38,193 bases of DNA from NCBI GenBank assembly GCA_947589635.1, contig CANQCC010000003.1, positions 1 through 38,193 of the forward strand, read 5' to 3'. Source of the stretch: an uncultured Clostridia bacterium (GTDB taxonomy: Bacteria; Bacillota; Clostridia; Christensenellales; CAG-917). This document shows, piece after piece, positions 1-9,749 of the stretch. Position 1 is the stretch's first letter, and every line of letters starts with the position of its first letter. The notes beneath the pieces are model-generated. The model saw only the letters and a list, made by a program, of their open reading frames with translations. It was not told where the DNA came from and searched no databases. A program made the translations under genes and the position numbers.

Positions 1-2
1 AT

Positions 3-878
3 TCCGACAAGCGCATAACCGCCTATCACGAAAGCGGCCATGCCATTATCGCCAAAAAGATGAAAAACTGCGACAACGTGCACGAGGTCAGCATAATTCC
101 GCGCGGCATGGCGGCGGGCTATACGATAACCACGCCCGAGACGGACGACAATCATATGACCAAGAGCAAGCTGCTTGACAACATCACGATGCTGCTCGGC
201 GGAAGAGCGGCGGAAGAGCTTGTGATAAAGGATATCTCCACGGGCGCGTCCAACGACATACAGCGCGCAAGCAAGATCGCCCGCAAGATGGTCACGGAAT
301 GGGGCATGTCCGAGACCCTCGGCAACATGTATCTCGGTGCCAGCGAGGAGGTTTTCCTTGGCAGAGACTATCAGACGCAGCTCAATTTCAGCGACGAAGT
401 GGCGGCGAAGATAGACGACGAGGTCAAGCGCATACTCGACGCGCAATATCAGGTGGCGCTGTCTATTTTGCGCGAGAACAGGCCCATCATGGACGCCATG
501 GTCAAGCTGCTGTTTGAAAAAGAAACCATCTATGAGGACGAAATAGACGCGCTGTTCGGCGAAGAAAACAACGATAAGGACGGCATATTCTCCTCCAAGG
601 TCAACCGCTCCGAGGCGAACGACAAGCCTATGGACAAGCCCGCCGAGGAAAAACCCGCCAAGGGCAGAAGAAAGAAGGCGGACGGAACGCCCGAAGTCAT
701 AATACTTCCCGCGCCCGAAGGGATCGTCGAGTTGGTTGAAGAGGCCCCCTTGCAGTCGGAAGGCGAAGGGCAGGATAAAGCGCCCGAAGAGGGCGAGCAT
801 GGCAAAGCTCCCGCGGCGGACGGCGGAAGCGCGGACAACGGCGCAGACGGCGTAGCGGATAAAAAGGATAACGAATAA
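3..878 (+). CDS. ftsH: ATP-dependent zinc metalloprotease FtsH, C-terminal part (5' end outside window)
   Basis: Frame is open from nt 3 (SDKRITAYHESGHAII; HExxH zinc motif), followed by peptidase M41 motifs VSIIPRG, LLGGRAAEE, STGASNDI, MVTEWGMS; ~100-aa acidic tail. Confidence 0.95.
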   Translation, partial: SDKRITAYHESGHAIIAKKMKNCDNVHEVSIIPRGMAAGYTITTPETDDNHMTKSKLLDNITMLLGGRAAEELVIKDISTGASNDIQRASKIARKMVTEWGMSETLGNMYLGASEEVFLGRDYQTQLNFSDEVAAKIDDEVKRILDAQYQVALSILRENRPIMDAMVKLLFEKETIYEDEIDALFGEENNDKDGIFSSKVNRSEANDKPMDKPAEEKPAKGRRKKADGTPEVIILPAPEGIVELVEEAPLQSEGEGQDKAPEEGEHGKAPAADGGSADNGADGVADKKDNE

Positions 879-923
879 GCTGAAGAAGGAGGGGCTTTTG
901 CCCCATACATAACGGAGGAGAGA

Positions 924-1640
924 GTGACTCTCAGGCAGGCTAAAAAAGAAGATCTGAAAATAATTATGGACAGCGATCCCGCCGCGCTCAGCGAGCGGCA
1001 GGTCAGGCGCACTTACGCGGGCTATAAGGCGCTCAGTCTTTATCGGCTTGCGCACGCGCTTTGGCTTAAGGGGCGCAAAAACCTTGCTCTTCGGCTTAGT
1101 TGGCGCGCGAAGAGGAAGACGGGCATCGACATACATCCCGCGGCGGACATAGCTCCCGGCGTGTTCATCGATCACGGCGTGGGCGTAGTCATAGGCGAGA
1201 CCGCCAAGGTGGGCGAAGGTTGCGTGCTCTATCAGGGCGTGACTCTGGGCGGCACGGGCAAGCAGACGGGCAAGCGCCATCCCACTCTTGAGAGGGACGT
1301 CATGGCGTCTGCGGGCGCGAAGATACTCGGTCCCGTGACCATAGGCGAGGGCAGCAAGATAGGCGCGGGCAGCGTAGTGCTTAAGGACGTGCCCAAACAT
1401 TGCACCGTCGTCGGCGTTCCCGGGCGCATAGTCCGTCAGGACGGCAAGCGCGTGGAGGAGCTGGATCAAGTGCGGCTTCCCGACCCCATGCTTGAGGAGA
1501 TCGCAAGGCTGAACGCGCGCATTTGCGAGCTTGAAAACAAGGCGGGCATACACTCCTGCAGGTATTCGCTTGCCGTGGATGGGGATAATGCTCCCGCGGA
1601 CGAACTTGCCAAAGTCTCGGCGGACGAAGCTAAAGACTGA
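924..1640 (+). CDS. cysE: Serine O-acetyltransferase
   Basis: DPAA, TGIDIHPAA, FIDHGVGVVIGET, GVTLGGTGK, RHPT, VVGVPGR hexapeptide-repeat motifs; GTG start after GGAGG; adjacent to cysS. Confidence 0.95.
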   Translation: MTLRQAKKEDLKIIMDSDPAALSERQVRRTYAGYKALSLYRLAHALWLKGRKNLALRLSWRAKRKTGIDIHPAADIAPGVFIDHGVGVVIGETAKVGEGCVLYQGVTLGGTGKQTGKRHPTLERDVMASAGAKILGPVTIGEGSKIGAGSVVLKDVPKHCTVVGVPGRIVRQDGKRVEELDQVRLPDPMLEEIARLNARICELENKAGIHSCRYSLAVDGDNAPADELAKVSADEAKD

Positions 1641-1701
1641 GAAGTTAAAGGCCGATCGGATAAATTGAAAACGCCCGGGGAGGCGCCTTAAAGGAAGAAA
1701 T

Positions 1702-3093
1702 ATGAAGATTTTCAACACGCTTACACGCTGCAAAGAGGAGTTTGTCCCTCTAAGAGAGGGCAATGTCAACATGTACGCTTGCGGCATCACGGTGTCCGGC
1801 GAGGCGCACATTGGGCATGCGTATCAGGCGCTTATATACGATATCATCCGCAAATATCTTGAAAAGAAGGGCTACAGCGTAAAGTATGCGCGCAACTATA
1901 CGGACGTCGACGACAAAATAATCGCCAAATCGCGCGAGACGGGTATCCCCGCGCTTGAGTATGCCGCGATGATGATAAAAAATATCGACGCGCTCATGCG
2001 CCGGTTTCAGGTGGACGACCCGACGATATGGCTTAAGGCGACCGAAAATATCGACAACATAATAGATTTTATAAGCAGACTTATCGACAGCGGGCACGCC
2101 TACGCGACGGAGCGCGGCGACGTATATTTTGCGGTGGAAAGTTTCCCGGGATACGGCAAACTTAGCGGGCGGCGCACCGAAGACGCGTACGAGAGCGTGC
2201 GCATAGAAAACGAGGAGAACAAGCGCGACCCACTTGACTTCGCGCTTTGGAAATCCGCCAAAGAAGGCGAGATATATTGGGCTTCCCCCTGGGGCAACGG
2301 CAGGCCGGGTTGGCACATCGAGTGCTCCGCGATGAACAGGCGCGCCTTTGGCGAGCAGATCGACATTCACGGCGGCGGTAGGGACCTCATCTTCCCCCAT
2401 CACGAAAACGAAATAGCGCAGACCGAGGCTCTCACGGGCAAGCCGTTCGCCAAATATTGGATACACAACGGACTTATCAAGGTCAACGGCCAGAAGATGA
2501 GCAAATCGCTTGGCAACAGCGTGCTGCTTAAGGACCTGCTTGACGAATATTCTCCCGAGACGGTCAAGTATGCTCTGCTGCAGACCAACTACCGCGGCGA
2601 TATCAACATCACGGACTCTCTCTTCCCGGAGGCGGACAAGCACATGTACGGCTTTTATAAGACGCTTGCGGACGTCGAGGCGAGCGGGCTTGAGGCGGAG
2701 GGCGGCGCGCAGGACATCGACGACGAGTTTGACAAGGCGATGGACGACGACTTCAACACCGCCAAAGCGCTTGCGGACTTGTTTGGACACTTCAAGCGCA
2801 TAAAGGCGAAACTTGCCGCGGGCGACGAGGGCGCGGTCCGCGACGCAAGGCAGATCAAAAAGACATACGGACTGCTTGGGCTTTTCAGGACGGAACCGAA
2901 AGAATTTATCGCCTATTACGAGGCAAAGTCAAGCGGGGATATCCCCGAGGACGTGCAGGAGTTAATAAAAGCGCGCGCGGAAGCGAAGGCTCAAAAGAAT
3001 TGGGCGCTTGCGGATGAGCTTAGGGCGAAGATAGGCGAGATGGGCTTTGCGGTCAAGGACACAAAGGAAGGCCCCGTAGTCACAAGAATTTGA
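1702..3093 (+). CDS. cysS: Cysteine--tRNA ligase
   Basis: YACGITV, HIGH, NYTDVDDKII, DFALWK, GRPGWHIECSAM, DIHGGGRDLIFPHHENE, KMSKS. Confidence 0.97.
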   Translation: MKIFNTLTRCKEEFVPLREGNVNMYACGITVSGEAHIGHAYQALIYDIIRKYLEKKGYSVKYARNYTDVDDKIIAKSRETGIPALEYAAMMIKNIDALMRRFQVDDPTIWLKATENIDNIIDFISRLIDSGHAYATERGDVYFAVESFPGYGKLSGRRTEDAYESVRIENEENKRDPLDFALWKSAKEGEIYWASPWGNGRPGWHIECSAMNRRAFGEQIDIHGGGRDLIFPHHENEIAQTEALTGKPFAKYWIHNGLIKVNGQKMSKSLGNSVLLKDLLDEYSPETVKYALLQTNYRGDINITDSLFPEADKHMYGFYKTLADVEASGLEAEGGAQDIDDEFDKAMDDDFNTAKALADLFGHFKRIKAKLAAGDEGAVRDARQIKKTYGLLGLFRTEPKEFIAYYEAKSSGDIPEDVQELIKARAEAKAQKNWALADELRAKIGEMGFAVKDTKEGPVVTRI

Positions 3094-3115
3094 CAATAAA
3101 GGCATTTTACGGCAT

Positions 3116-3143
3116 AAAAACGGCGGGATAAACCGTCGTTTTT
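3116..3143 (+). terminator. Intrinsic terminator after cysS
   Basis: AAAAACGGCGG-gataaa-CCGTCGTTTTT hairpin with T-tract 22 nt after the stop. Confidence 0.75.
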
Positions 3144-3205
3144 GTATATAAGGCAAAAAATTTATGCGTCATCGCGCCAATGGAAAAATCAGGCGGAATA
3201 ATAAA

Positions 3206-3234
3206 GAATAGTACGCCCAAAAGCGCGCATACTA
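3206..3234 (+). promoter_or_regulatory. Candidate sigma-G (forespore)-type promoter
   Basis: GAATA (3206-3210) - 17 nt - CATACTA (3228-3234) matches the B. subtilis sigma-G consensus GHATR-17/18-CATXHTA. Confidence 0.5.
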
Positions 3235-3261
3235 TCTGTAGCACATTAAGGAGGTGCACAT

Positions 3262-3498
3262 ATGGACGACAGAAATATTGTTAAAAAACTCGCTCAGCTT
3301 ACAAACATGAATGTGATGGTGCTGTTTGTGCTCATCGCGTTTTTGGCGTTGTCTATCGGGCTTGCGTTCTACTTTCTTGTCCCGGGCAGCGTGGGTTACG
3401 GCGTAGGGATCACGATGTTTGTCGTGGCGTCGCTTCTGTTTGTAATCGGCGAGGTAAACTACTTTATGAAGTCAAAGCGTATCGATTGGCAAAACTGA
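3262..3498 (+). CDS. Small hypothetical membrane protein (78 aa, 2 predicted TM helices)
   Basis: Strong SD AAGGAGGTG before ATG; two hydrophobic stretches; flanked by terminators on both sides. Confidence 0.75.
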   Translation: MDDRNIVKKLAQLTNMNVMVLFVLIAFLALSIGLAFYFLVPGSVGYGVGITMFVVASLLFVIGEVNYFMKSKRIDWQN

Positions 3499-3517
3499 GT
3501 AAGCCGATCGGACAAAG

Positions 3518-3547
3518 CAAAAGGGACTGCGAAGGCGGTCCCTTTTG
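3518..3547. terminator. Bidirectional intrinsic terminator
   Basis: CAAAAGGGACTGC-gaag-GCGGTCCCTTTTG between convergent genes. Confidence 0.8.
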
Positions 3548-3602
3548 TCATAATTTTAATGCGTAATTTTGCATGAAAACAAGCGGCACTTTCTTGCCCA
3601 CG

Positions 3603-3657
3603 ATATTTTGCCTGCGCAAGGCGTTAAAGCTCATTAACTTGTCGCAAGGCAAAATAT
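3603..3657. repeat. Imperfect inverted repeat carrying a dispersed intergenic motif
   Basis: ATATTTTGCCT (3603-3613) / AGGCAAAATAT (3647-3657) outer arms with inner GTTAA/TTAAC; the right arm recurs at 13645-13666. Confidence 0.55.
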
Positions 3658-3721
3658 AGCATTATCGTTTGTCGCAAGACAGCGATGTTTTGGCTTGCGA
3701 TTTGATGTGCGAGGCTTGCGC

Positions 3722-6532
3722 TTATGCCCAGGCGCTGCCGTTGAAGGTGTAGGTCTTGTCCGTCTGCATGTCTGCGTCGCCTATCGTCGCGTTGCACACG
3801 ATATCCGTCACTTTGTCGTTGGGGTCATTTTGAGACAGCAGCGGGAAGGTGGACGCGGAGCCCTCTTTGATGGTGATGGTCAGCGTGGTTTTTGGCGAGA
3901 CGATGACCGTCGCGCCCGCGACCTCGGAGGTTATCTTGCCGCCGAAGTACGCGCCGTTTTCTATGTGCAGAGTGCCGTTGACGATAAGTTTCGCCTCCCC
4001 TTTGTTGTGAGGATAGACCGGGTGGTTATATACCACCGACTCGTCCTGCCAACTGCCGTCGTAGACCGCCAGGGAACCGTAGGCCATGTTTTGATAGAGG
4101 CCTATATAAAAGTCTGCGCCCTTTTCCACGGTGAGTTTTGCGCCGGGCAGCAATTTGTATCTCATGCCCAACTTCAGCGAGTAGCCGGTATTAAGGGTTA
4201 TGTCGTACATATGCGGCACGGCAAAGTCGATCGCGCCCGTCGTTACAAGCTGCTCAAAGCCGGAGAAAGACACCTTCAGGCTGAGTTTACCGACAGCGAC
4301 ATCGCCCAGGATGTCCAATTTTGTGGAGGTCTTATATTTGTCGGCAAGCTCCATTTTGTTGTTGCTGAGCGTTATGCCGGCGTTATATTCGGACGAAACT
4401 TTCACTTTGAGTTCCCCGTTTTGCAGGTTTAGAAGTGCGCCCGTTTTGCCGACTATCAAAACCTCCGTATCGTTGTGTTGCTCGCCCGCGTAGATGGAGC
4501 AATATACAAACACTTTAGCGCCGTATTTCAAGGTCTGATATACCTGGATGTTGGGCATCTCATACTGATTGAATGGGCAGATTTCGTACGTCGTATAGAC
4601 CTGCGCGGTGTTGGATCCGCCGCGGAAGTCGCGCACCACAAACGGAGTGTAAATCGTGCCGCCGTCAAGCGCGATAAGTTGTCCGTCGCCCTTGATGTAG
4701 CCGTGATTTTGCAGGGTCCCGCCCGCCGCGACGGTTATGCAGGCGCCTTCGAGGATGTCTATCTGCGCGTACTCGCCCTGAGTTGCGCCCTGGAAGGTAA
4801 ACGTGTCCTTGCTGCTGCTTATGCCGCCCACTACGACAGCGCCGTTCACGGTGAGGTTTGCGCCATCTTTCAGCGTGAGCTTTCGCCTGAGATTGTTTTG
4901 CTCGTCGGAGATATCTATATAGAAGATGGTGGAAGTCACTTCAAGGTGCCCCGTGATGTGCGCGTCGTCATCCGAGCCGTCATAGGGCAGCACAAGTCTG
5001 GACAGCGCATTCAAGGTGTAATCGCCTTTGATAAGATGAGTGTCGCAAAGGGGAAGAATTATAAACGTATCGCCCGTCGCGTATCCCGAAACCTTCGTGG
5101 GGTCGACGGCAAGCGCGTCTTCCAAAGTGCGCTTCATCTGAGATTTTATATTGCCGGTCGCGTCCTTAAGGTATGTGGATACGCACCTTATCTTTATCGT
5201 CTTGCTGTCGCGCGCCTCTTTATAATGCGCGCTCTCCTTAAGCACCGCGGTAAGCGTGTACGTGCCGCCGTCCGTTATGGAGAATGAGGCGCCGTTTACG
5301 GGCTCGCCGTCAAGCAAAAACTCAAACTGAGGCGCATCTTTATAAGCTTGCGTAGTCACGGTTGCCGAAGCGGAGAAGGCCAGAGGCTCTCCCGTCCAAT
5401 CCCTCAAGCGCACGCTGTCGTCGATATTCAGCGAACAATTGGCGGGCAGCTTAGTCACATGCACCGTGAAAGAGGTAGACGCCATCGCGGTAGAGTTGTT
5501 TTCCGCCATCGCGGTAAGCTCGCACCTGAACTGATAATCTCCCACCTCGAGGCCGGATATATCATAATTTTCGCCGCTCGATTTAAGCTCGTCCGCGCCG
5601 TCCTCGCCCGTGCCTATGCGGTACCATGCCACGCTGTAGGTTATGCCGTTTGGCGCGACGGCAGAGGCGGCCCCTTTAAGGCGCAGCGTGCCTGTGTACA
5701 GCACCGAAAAGTCTGTGCCCGAAGTGCCTCCCAGCCCCGTGTCGGTTATGACGGGAGGGGCGGGTGCGTCCGCGTTGTATATGGGATAGTAGGTGGACTC
5801 ATAGTCGCCGACCGTAGTTGTGCCTTCGGCGTATACGGCTCCTCCGGTTCCCTTTTTCCAGCCCGCAAACGTGTGTCCCGCCTTTGCGGGAGGGTCGACG
5901 GGCGGAGGGGGCAACTGCTCGTTGGGATCGCCGGAATATCTGAACAGCGTTTCGCCGTTCGCGACGAAAGACGCGCATCCGCCCGCTTCCTGCAAGTCCG
6001 CCTGAATGGTCATATCGCTCTCGATGGCGGCGTCGCTTTCCCAGGTGTCGTTACCGCTTTTCCAACCGACAAATTTGTTCATTTTGGGGATTTTCATCCA
6101 GAAGTCGTTAAATTCGGGCGGGGTAGCCTCCCCTCCGTGCTCCACTTGTTGAGGATCGCACAGGTCTTTGGCACTGTCCCCGCTTCCAACGACGAAGCGC
6201 ACTGTGTAGACGTTTATCTCCCAGATAACATAAAGTTTCGAGCCGTCCGAAATCACGCTATTTTCCGAAATCGGCGGTTCGCCGTCCTCGTACAGCGAAA
6301 GTCCCGTCGCGTGATAGCCCTTGTACACATACGGGCACTCCCAGGAGGACAGCTCGGAGCGGAGCAGGGTGTAATCCTCGTGCGCGGAAGTGCCGTTGTT
6401 GGCGTAGATCGTGACGGTTATGGGCGTCTCTTTGGCCGTCTTGTTGCACGCAGCCAGCGTAAACGCAAGCGCAAGGATCAAAACAGCCGCTGCCGCAAGC
6501 CATATTGCGGTCTTTTTAAGGTAGCGTCGCAT
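3722..6532 (-). CDS. Large surface lipoprotein (936 aa): InlB B-repeat-like domains, Ig/MBG-like stalk, beta-rich C-terminal domain
   Basis: Basic N-terminus, hydrophobic core and lipobox LAAC (Cys29); three repeats with YTVxF...GY/FxGW...LY/TI pattern; GTYTLT..HY MBG-like module; repetitive LTV.GA.LTVNG strands; SD AAGGAG upstream. Confidence 0.8.
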   Translation of the reverse strand: MRRYLKKTAIWLAAAAVLILALAFTLAACNKTAKETPITVTIYANNGTSAHEDYTLLRSELSSWECPYVYKGYHATGLSLYEDGEPPISENSVISDGSKLYVIWEINVYTVRFVVGSGDSAKDLCDPQQVEHGGEATPPEFNDFWMKIPKMNKFVGWKSGNDTWESDAAIESDMTIQADLQEAGGCASFVANGETLFRYSGDPNEQLPPPPVDPPAKAGHTFAGWKKGTGGAVYAEGTTTVGDYESTYYPIYNADAPAPPVITDTGLGGTSGTDFSVLYTGTLRLKGAASAVAPNGITYSVAWYRIGTGEDGADELKSSGENYDISGLEVGDYQFRCELTAMAENNSTAMASTSFTVHVTKLPANCSLNIDDSVRLRDWTGEPLAFSASATVTTQAYKDAPQFEFLLDGEPVNGASFSITDGGTYTLTAVLKESAHYKEARDSKTIKIRCVSTYLKDATGNIKSQMKRTLEDALAVDPTKVSGYATGDTFIILPLCDTHLIKGDYTLNALSRLVLPYDGSDDDAHITGHLEVTSTIFYIDISDEQNNLRRKLTLKDGANLTVNGAVVVGGISSSKDTFTFQGATQGEYAQIDILEGACITVAAGGTLQNHGYIKGDGQLIALDGGTIYTPFVVRDFRGGSNTAQVYTTYEICPFNQYEMPNIQVYQTLKYGAKVFVYCSIYAGEQHNDTEVLIVGKTGALLNLQNGELKVKVSSEYNAGITLSNNKMELADKYKTSTKLDILGDVAVGKLSLKVSFSGFEQLVTTGAIDFAVPHMYDITLNTGYSLKLGMRYKLLPGAKLTVEKGADFYIGLYQNMAYGSLAVYDGSWQDESVVYNHPVYPHNKGEAKLIVNGTLHIENGAYFGGKITSEVAGATVIVSPKTTLTITIKEGSASTFPLLSQNDPNDKVTDIVCNATIGDADMQTDKTYTFNGSAWA

Positions 6533-6568
6533 ACGAATCTCCTTATATTTTATATCGCATATTATTTT

Positions 6569-9500
6569 TTACGGTTTATATCTGTACTCGCTTGTCGCGT
6601 CAAACATGACAAACCTGAAGTCCTCTTCTCCCGCCGCAAGCGGCAACAAGGAGCCTTGCATCGATATGTTTGCGTCGTAGGAATTTTCAAGCATGGACAG
6701 GTTCATCGTATAAGTCGACATCGGATAGAACGTGTACCCCGACATATCCAGCATATGATAATTTTTGCCGCCGCCGTAGAAGGCTATGCCGCCGTGCACG
6801 CATTTTTCGTCCCCATTGTCCCCCTTGACGACGTCTATCAGGTTGCCGTAGCGATCCTTGTCATACATGAACGCAAAGTCCACAAGCGCCTTTATGTCAA
6901 GCCGCAGGAAGGACGCCGCGCCGCCCGAGCCGGACAGCTCTATAAGCGTGCTGCTGTCCACGTTGTCGATGGGTTTCCAGTCCGCAAGCTCCACTCTTCC
7001 CTCGAGGTGCAGCAGCGCGGGGTAGGACGTGCCCGCAAGCCCCTTCCACGATTGCACAAGCGATGTTGCTATGCCCGCGGAGGGGCCGTCGGCAAGCATC
7101 TTGCCCGCAAAGTGGCTCTCCATGCCTATCGCAAACAGGCCGCTTGTGCTGAGAGTGCTGTCGCGAAGGGTGACCTCCGTCAGCAGGTAGCGGTTGATAA
7201 AATATTCGTCGTTGATATACTCGTCGCAAGCGGCGGAATTGAAGTTTGCATAATCGTTTCCGTTTGCGTCCTTAAGGGCGGGGGAGGGCGCGTTATAATC
7301 CGCGCTTCTAATTATGCGGTTGGTGCCCATCTTAAGCAGGAATTCGCGCGCGTTTTGCAGCGTGCAGCCCTCTATAAGCACGTTTATCTTTTCCTCTTCG
7401 ACGTTTACGGGACTGTCCGCGTCGACGCCCGCCTTGCCGAATATCCTGACTACCGTCCTTCCGTTAGCCACGCGGCAATTTCTTACGGTGGCGTCGTTCA
7501 TTATCTCAAGCGTCGTCCCGGTGTAGCTGAGAAGGGACAGATTGAGGGTGGGGTTTCCGTTGTCGTCCGCGTCGTACAGGCTTTGGTCGTCGCAGCCCTT
7601 AAGGGTCACGTTGTCCAGGGTCAATCCCTCTTCGCGCACGAGGAAGATTATGTTGTCCTGCCCCTTGACGGACGCCGTCTGCCCCGCCGCCACAAAGTCG
7701 AGAGGCCCCGAAAACACCGAGAACGTGGGCTTGTCCGTCTCGTCAAGCGTGTTGGTCAGGTATTCTGCGTTTATCTGATGCCCGTTGCCAAAGATGTCGC
7801 CTTTTATCTCAAGCGCGTACTTGACTGTGGGCTGCGCTTGTCCGTTGTTTTTGTAGAATTGCCAATCCCAGGTCGTGGGCAGTTCCTTGACGTAGCGGCG
7901 CTGTATGTCCAGCCCTTCGGAGTCGGACACTTTCTTTGCAAGCCGTCCGTTTCTTATCAGGCGTTTGCCGTCGGAGTCGCGCTCGTAGAGGTCCTCGCCA
8001 AGGTAGACGTCGCGCTCCAGCACCGTCTTTTTGCCCTCGTTCATGGCGCGGGTGAGGTCGTCTCTCGCCCTTTCGGGGGAGAGGTCTTCGCCAATGCTTA
8101 TGCCGTCCACCGCCATAAACGTCAGTTTTGCGGGGGATACGCCGCGCTTTTCGCCGTATTTCCAGCGCGCCGTGAGGGTCAACTGCCCATTCTTTTTGAC
8201 AAGCAGGGAAAGTTTTGCGTTTGCAATATCAATTTCGCCGCCCTCGTCGTCGGAAAGCTCAAAGATTATGTCGTCGAAGGACGTCGCCTGTTCGCCGCCT
8301 TTGCCCAGCGCGATAAAGCCGAGCTCGCGTGGGTTGTCAAGAATTTCGCCGTTTTGCCCATAGCGTTTGCCCGCTATCGCAAGCAGTCCCGCGCCGTGCG
8401 AACCCGCCGTCTCCTTGAAGGACAGCGACTCATAGGCGTGCGCGACAGTAAGTTTGCGCTCTATCACGCCCGAAGTCACAAGCTCGCCTTCCTCGTCCGT
8501 CTGAGTCCAATACACCTTGAGGGTGGCGTCTCCCACTCCAAGCGCGTCGATTATTGCTCGTTCGCCGTCCGCGCTTTTTACCGACGCGACTGTCGCGCCC
8601 GCCGAAATTATCTCCCAGCGGTAGGTCAGGCGATCGTTTTTGGGAGTCGCCGAAACCATGAACGTCGTGCTGTCGCCCAACATCATCAAAAGCTTGTCGT
8701 CGTCCGCGCGGTTGCCCGCCGAGTAGATCCTGAATCTGTATTCGGCAAATTCCACGTCGACCCGGAAAGCGGCTTCGCCCACGCCGAGCGTATACGTCTT
8801 GCGGCACTCCGCGTCCACGGACGAGGCAAGCCTCGCCTGCACTCTGAACGCGCCCGATATCCCCTCTATGGGAGATGAGATCACGTCTATGTTTGCGCCG
8901 GTCTCGTCTTTAAGCGTTATGTCGTTTGAGGAAGTCCCCGCGGGGGCTTGCAGGAAGAAGGAAAAGTCCGAAGAGCGCAAGGGTGCGGAAAGTTTTACGC
9001 CGCTTTGCGCGTCCTTGCCCTCCAGCGTGGTCCCGCCCGCCTTTGTCACGTTGAGTTTTATCGTGACGGGATCCGCCTTGCCTATCTTCATTGTGACGAC
9101 GGAGCTTCCGTCAAATCTCGCGCAGATATCGCCGCTGAGCGCGTCCACGCTAAGCCTCGTCTCGTCCGAAGAGGAGTAATTTATCTCGGAGGGGGACACG
9201 TCGGGGAAGCAGGTCGCGCCAAGGGTATAATCTCCGCTTACGACGTCCGCCTCGAAGTCCGCGTCCGCGCCCGCCTTGAGCTGCACCTTTTCACCGCTCG
9301 CGTCGCGCAGGTCGGGGGAGGCCTTTATGACGTCGCTCGCCCTTATCACAAATTGCACGCTTGCGGTAAACGCGCCGTCCTCGCTCGCGTAGGTTATCTT
9401 GACTTTGCCTATGTCGGTTATGTCGAAATATTTGCCGTTTTCGTCCTCCGCGAGGGCGACCGTCGTTGACGGCTCCCCTGTTTCGGCGTCCGTCACCGAT

Positions 9501-9748
9501 TGCAGATAGAAGTTTCTGTTGGCTGCCACCGAGGGCACCACCTCTATGCCGAGGTCGTCCTCGTACAGCGGGGAATCCTTATACCCGACAAGATCGAAAT
9601 AGAACGTACCGTCGTCGCCGCGATTGCCGATGACTATGCCCGTCGCGGGGATGTTGGCGGTGATCCTCGCCACGCTTGTTATCGCAAAAATCGCCACCAC
9701 GAAGATGAGCGGGAGTACGATTATAAGCGCTGTGACAAGTTTTTTCAT
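6569..9748 (-). CDS. Large membrane-anchored/secreted protein (1059 aa): Ig-like (Big_2-like) domains and putative right-handed beta-helix
   Basis: N-terminal hydrophobic segment KKLVTALIIVLPLIFVVAIFAI; Big_2-like YSSSDETRLSVDALSGDI; IFGNGHQI, LTLDNVTLKG, TVRNCRV, LIEGCTL, VTLRDSTL beta-helix-like rungs; starts 1 nt after the permease stop. Confidence 0.8.
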   Translation of the reverse strand: MKKLVTALIIVLPLIFVVAIFAITSVARITANIPATGIVIGNRGDDGTFYFDLVGYKDSPLYEDDLGIEVVPSVAANRNFYLQSVTDAETGEPSTTVALAEDENGKYFDITDIGKVKITYASEDGAFTASVQFVIRASDVIKASPDLRDASGEKVQLKAGADADFEADVVSGDYTLGATCFPDVSPSEINYSSSDETRLSVDALSGDICARFDGSSVVTMKIGKADPVTIKLNVTKAGGTTLEGKDAQSGVKLSAPLRSSDFSFFLQAPAGTSSNDITLKDETGANIDVISSPIEGISGAFRVQARLASSVDAECRKTYTLGVGEAAFRVDVEFAEYRFRIYSAGNRADDDKLLMMLGDSTTFMVSATPKNDRLTYRWEIISAGATVASVKSADGERAIIDALGVGDATLKVYWTQTDEEGELVTSGVIERKLTVAHAYESLSFKETAGSHGAGLLAIAGKRYGQNGEILDNPRELGFIALGKGGEQATSFDDIIFELSDDEGGEIDIANAKLSLLVKKNGQLTLTARWKYGEKRGVSPAKLTFMAVDGISIGEDLSPERARDDLTRAMNEGKKTVLERDVYLGEDLYERDSDGKRLIRNGRLAKKVSDSEGLDIQRRYVKELPTTWDWQFYKNNGQAQPTVKYALEIKGDIFGNGHQINAEYLTNTLDETDKPTFSVFSGPLDFVAAGQTASVKGQDNIIFLVREEGLTLDNVTLKGCDDQSLYDADDNGNPTLNLSLLSYTGTTLEIMNDATVRNCRVANGRTVVRIFGKAGVDADSPVNVEEEKINVLIEGCTLQNAREFLLKMGTNRIIRSADYNAPSPALKDANGNDYANFNSAACDEYINDEYFINRYLLTEVTLRDSTLSTSGLFAIGMESHFAGKMLADGPSAGIATSLVQSWKGLAGTSYPALLHLEGRVELADWKPIDNVDSSTLIELSGSGGAASFLRLDIKALVDFAFMYDKDRYGNLIDVVKGDNGDEKCVHGGIAFYGGGKNYHMLDMSGYTFYPMSTYTMNLSMLENSYDANISMQGSLLPLAAGEEDFRFVMFDATSEYRYKP

Positions 9749-9749
9749 A

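Noticed and set aside
879-923. T-box leader expected before cysE-cysS
   Set aside because: Only 45 nt between ftsH and cysE; no T-box consensus or terminator, just a small GGGGC/GCCCC hairpin.
5348-8878. 1176-aa plus-strand ORF, and many other long antisense ORFs (e.g. 26202-27869, 15194-16411)
   Set aside because: Shadow frames of real genes caused by codon bias; R/V/A/H-rich with no motifs and no SD.
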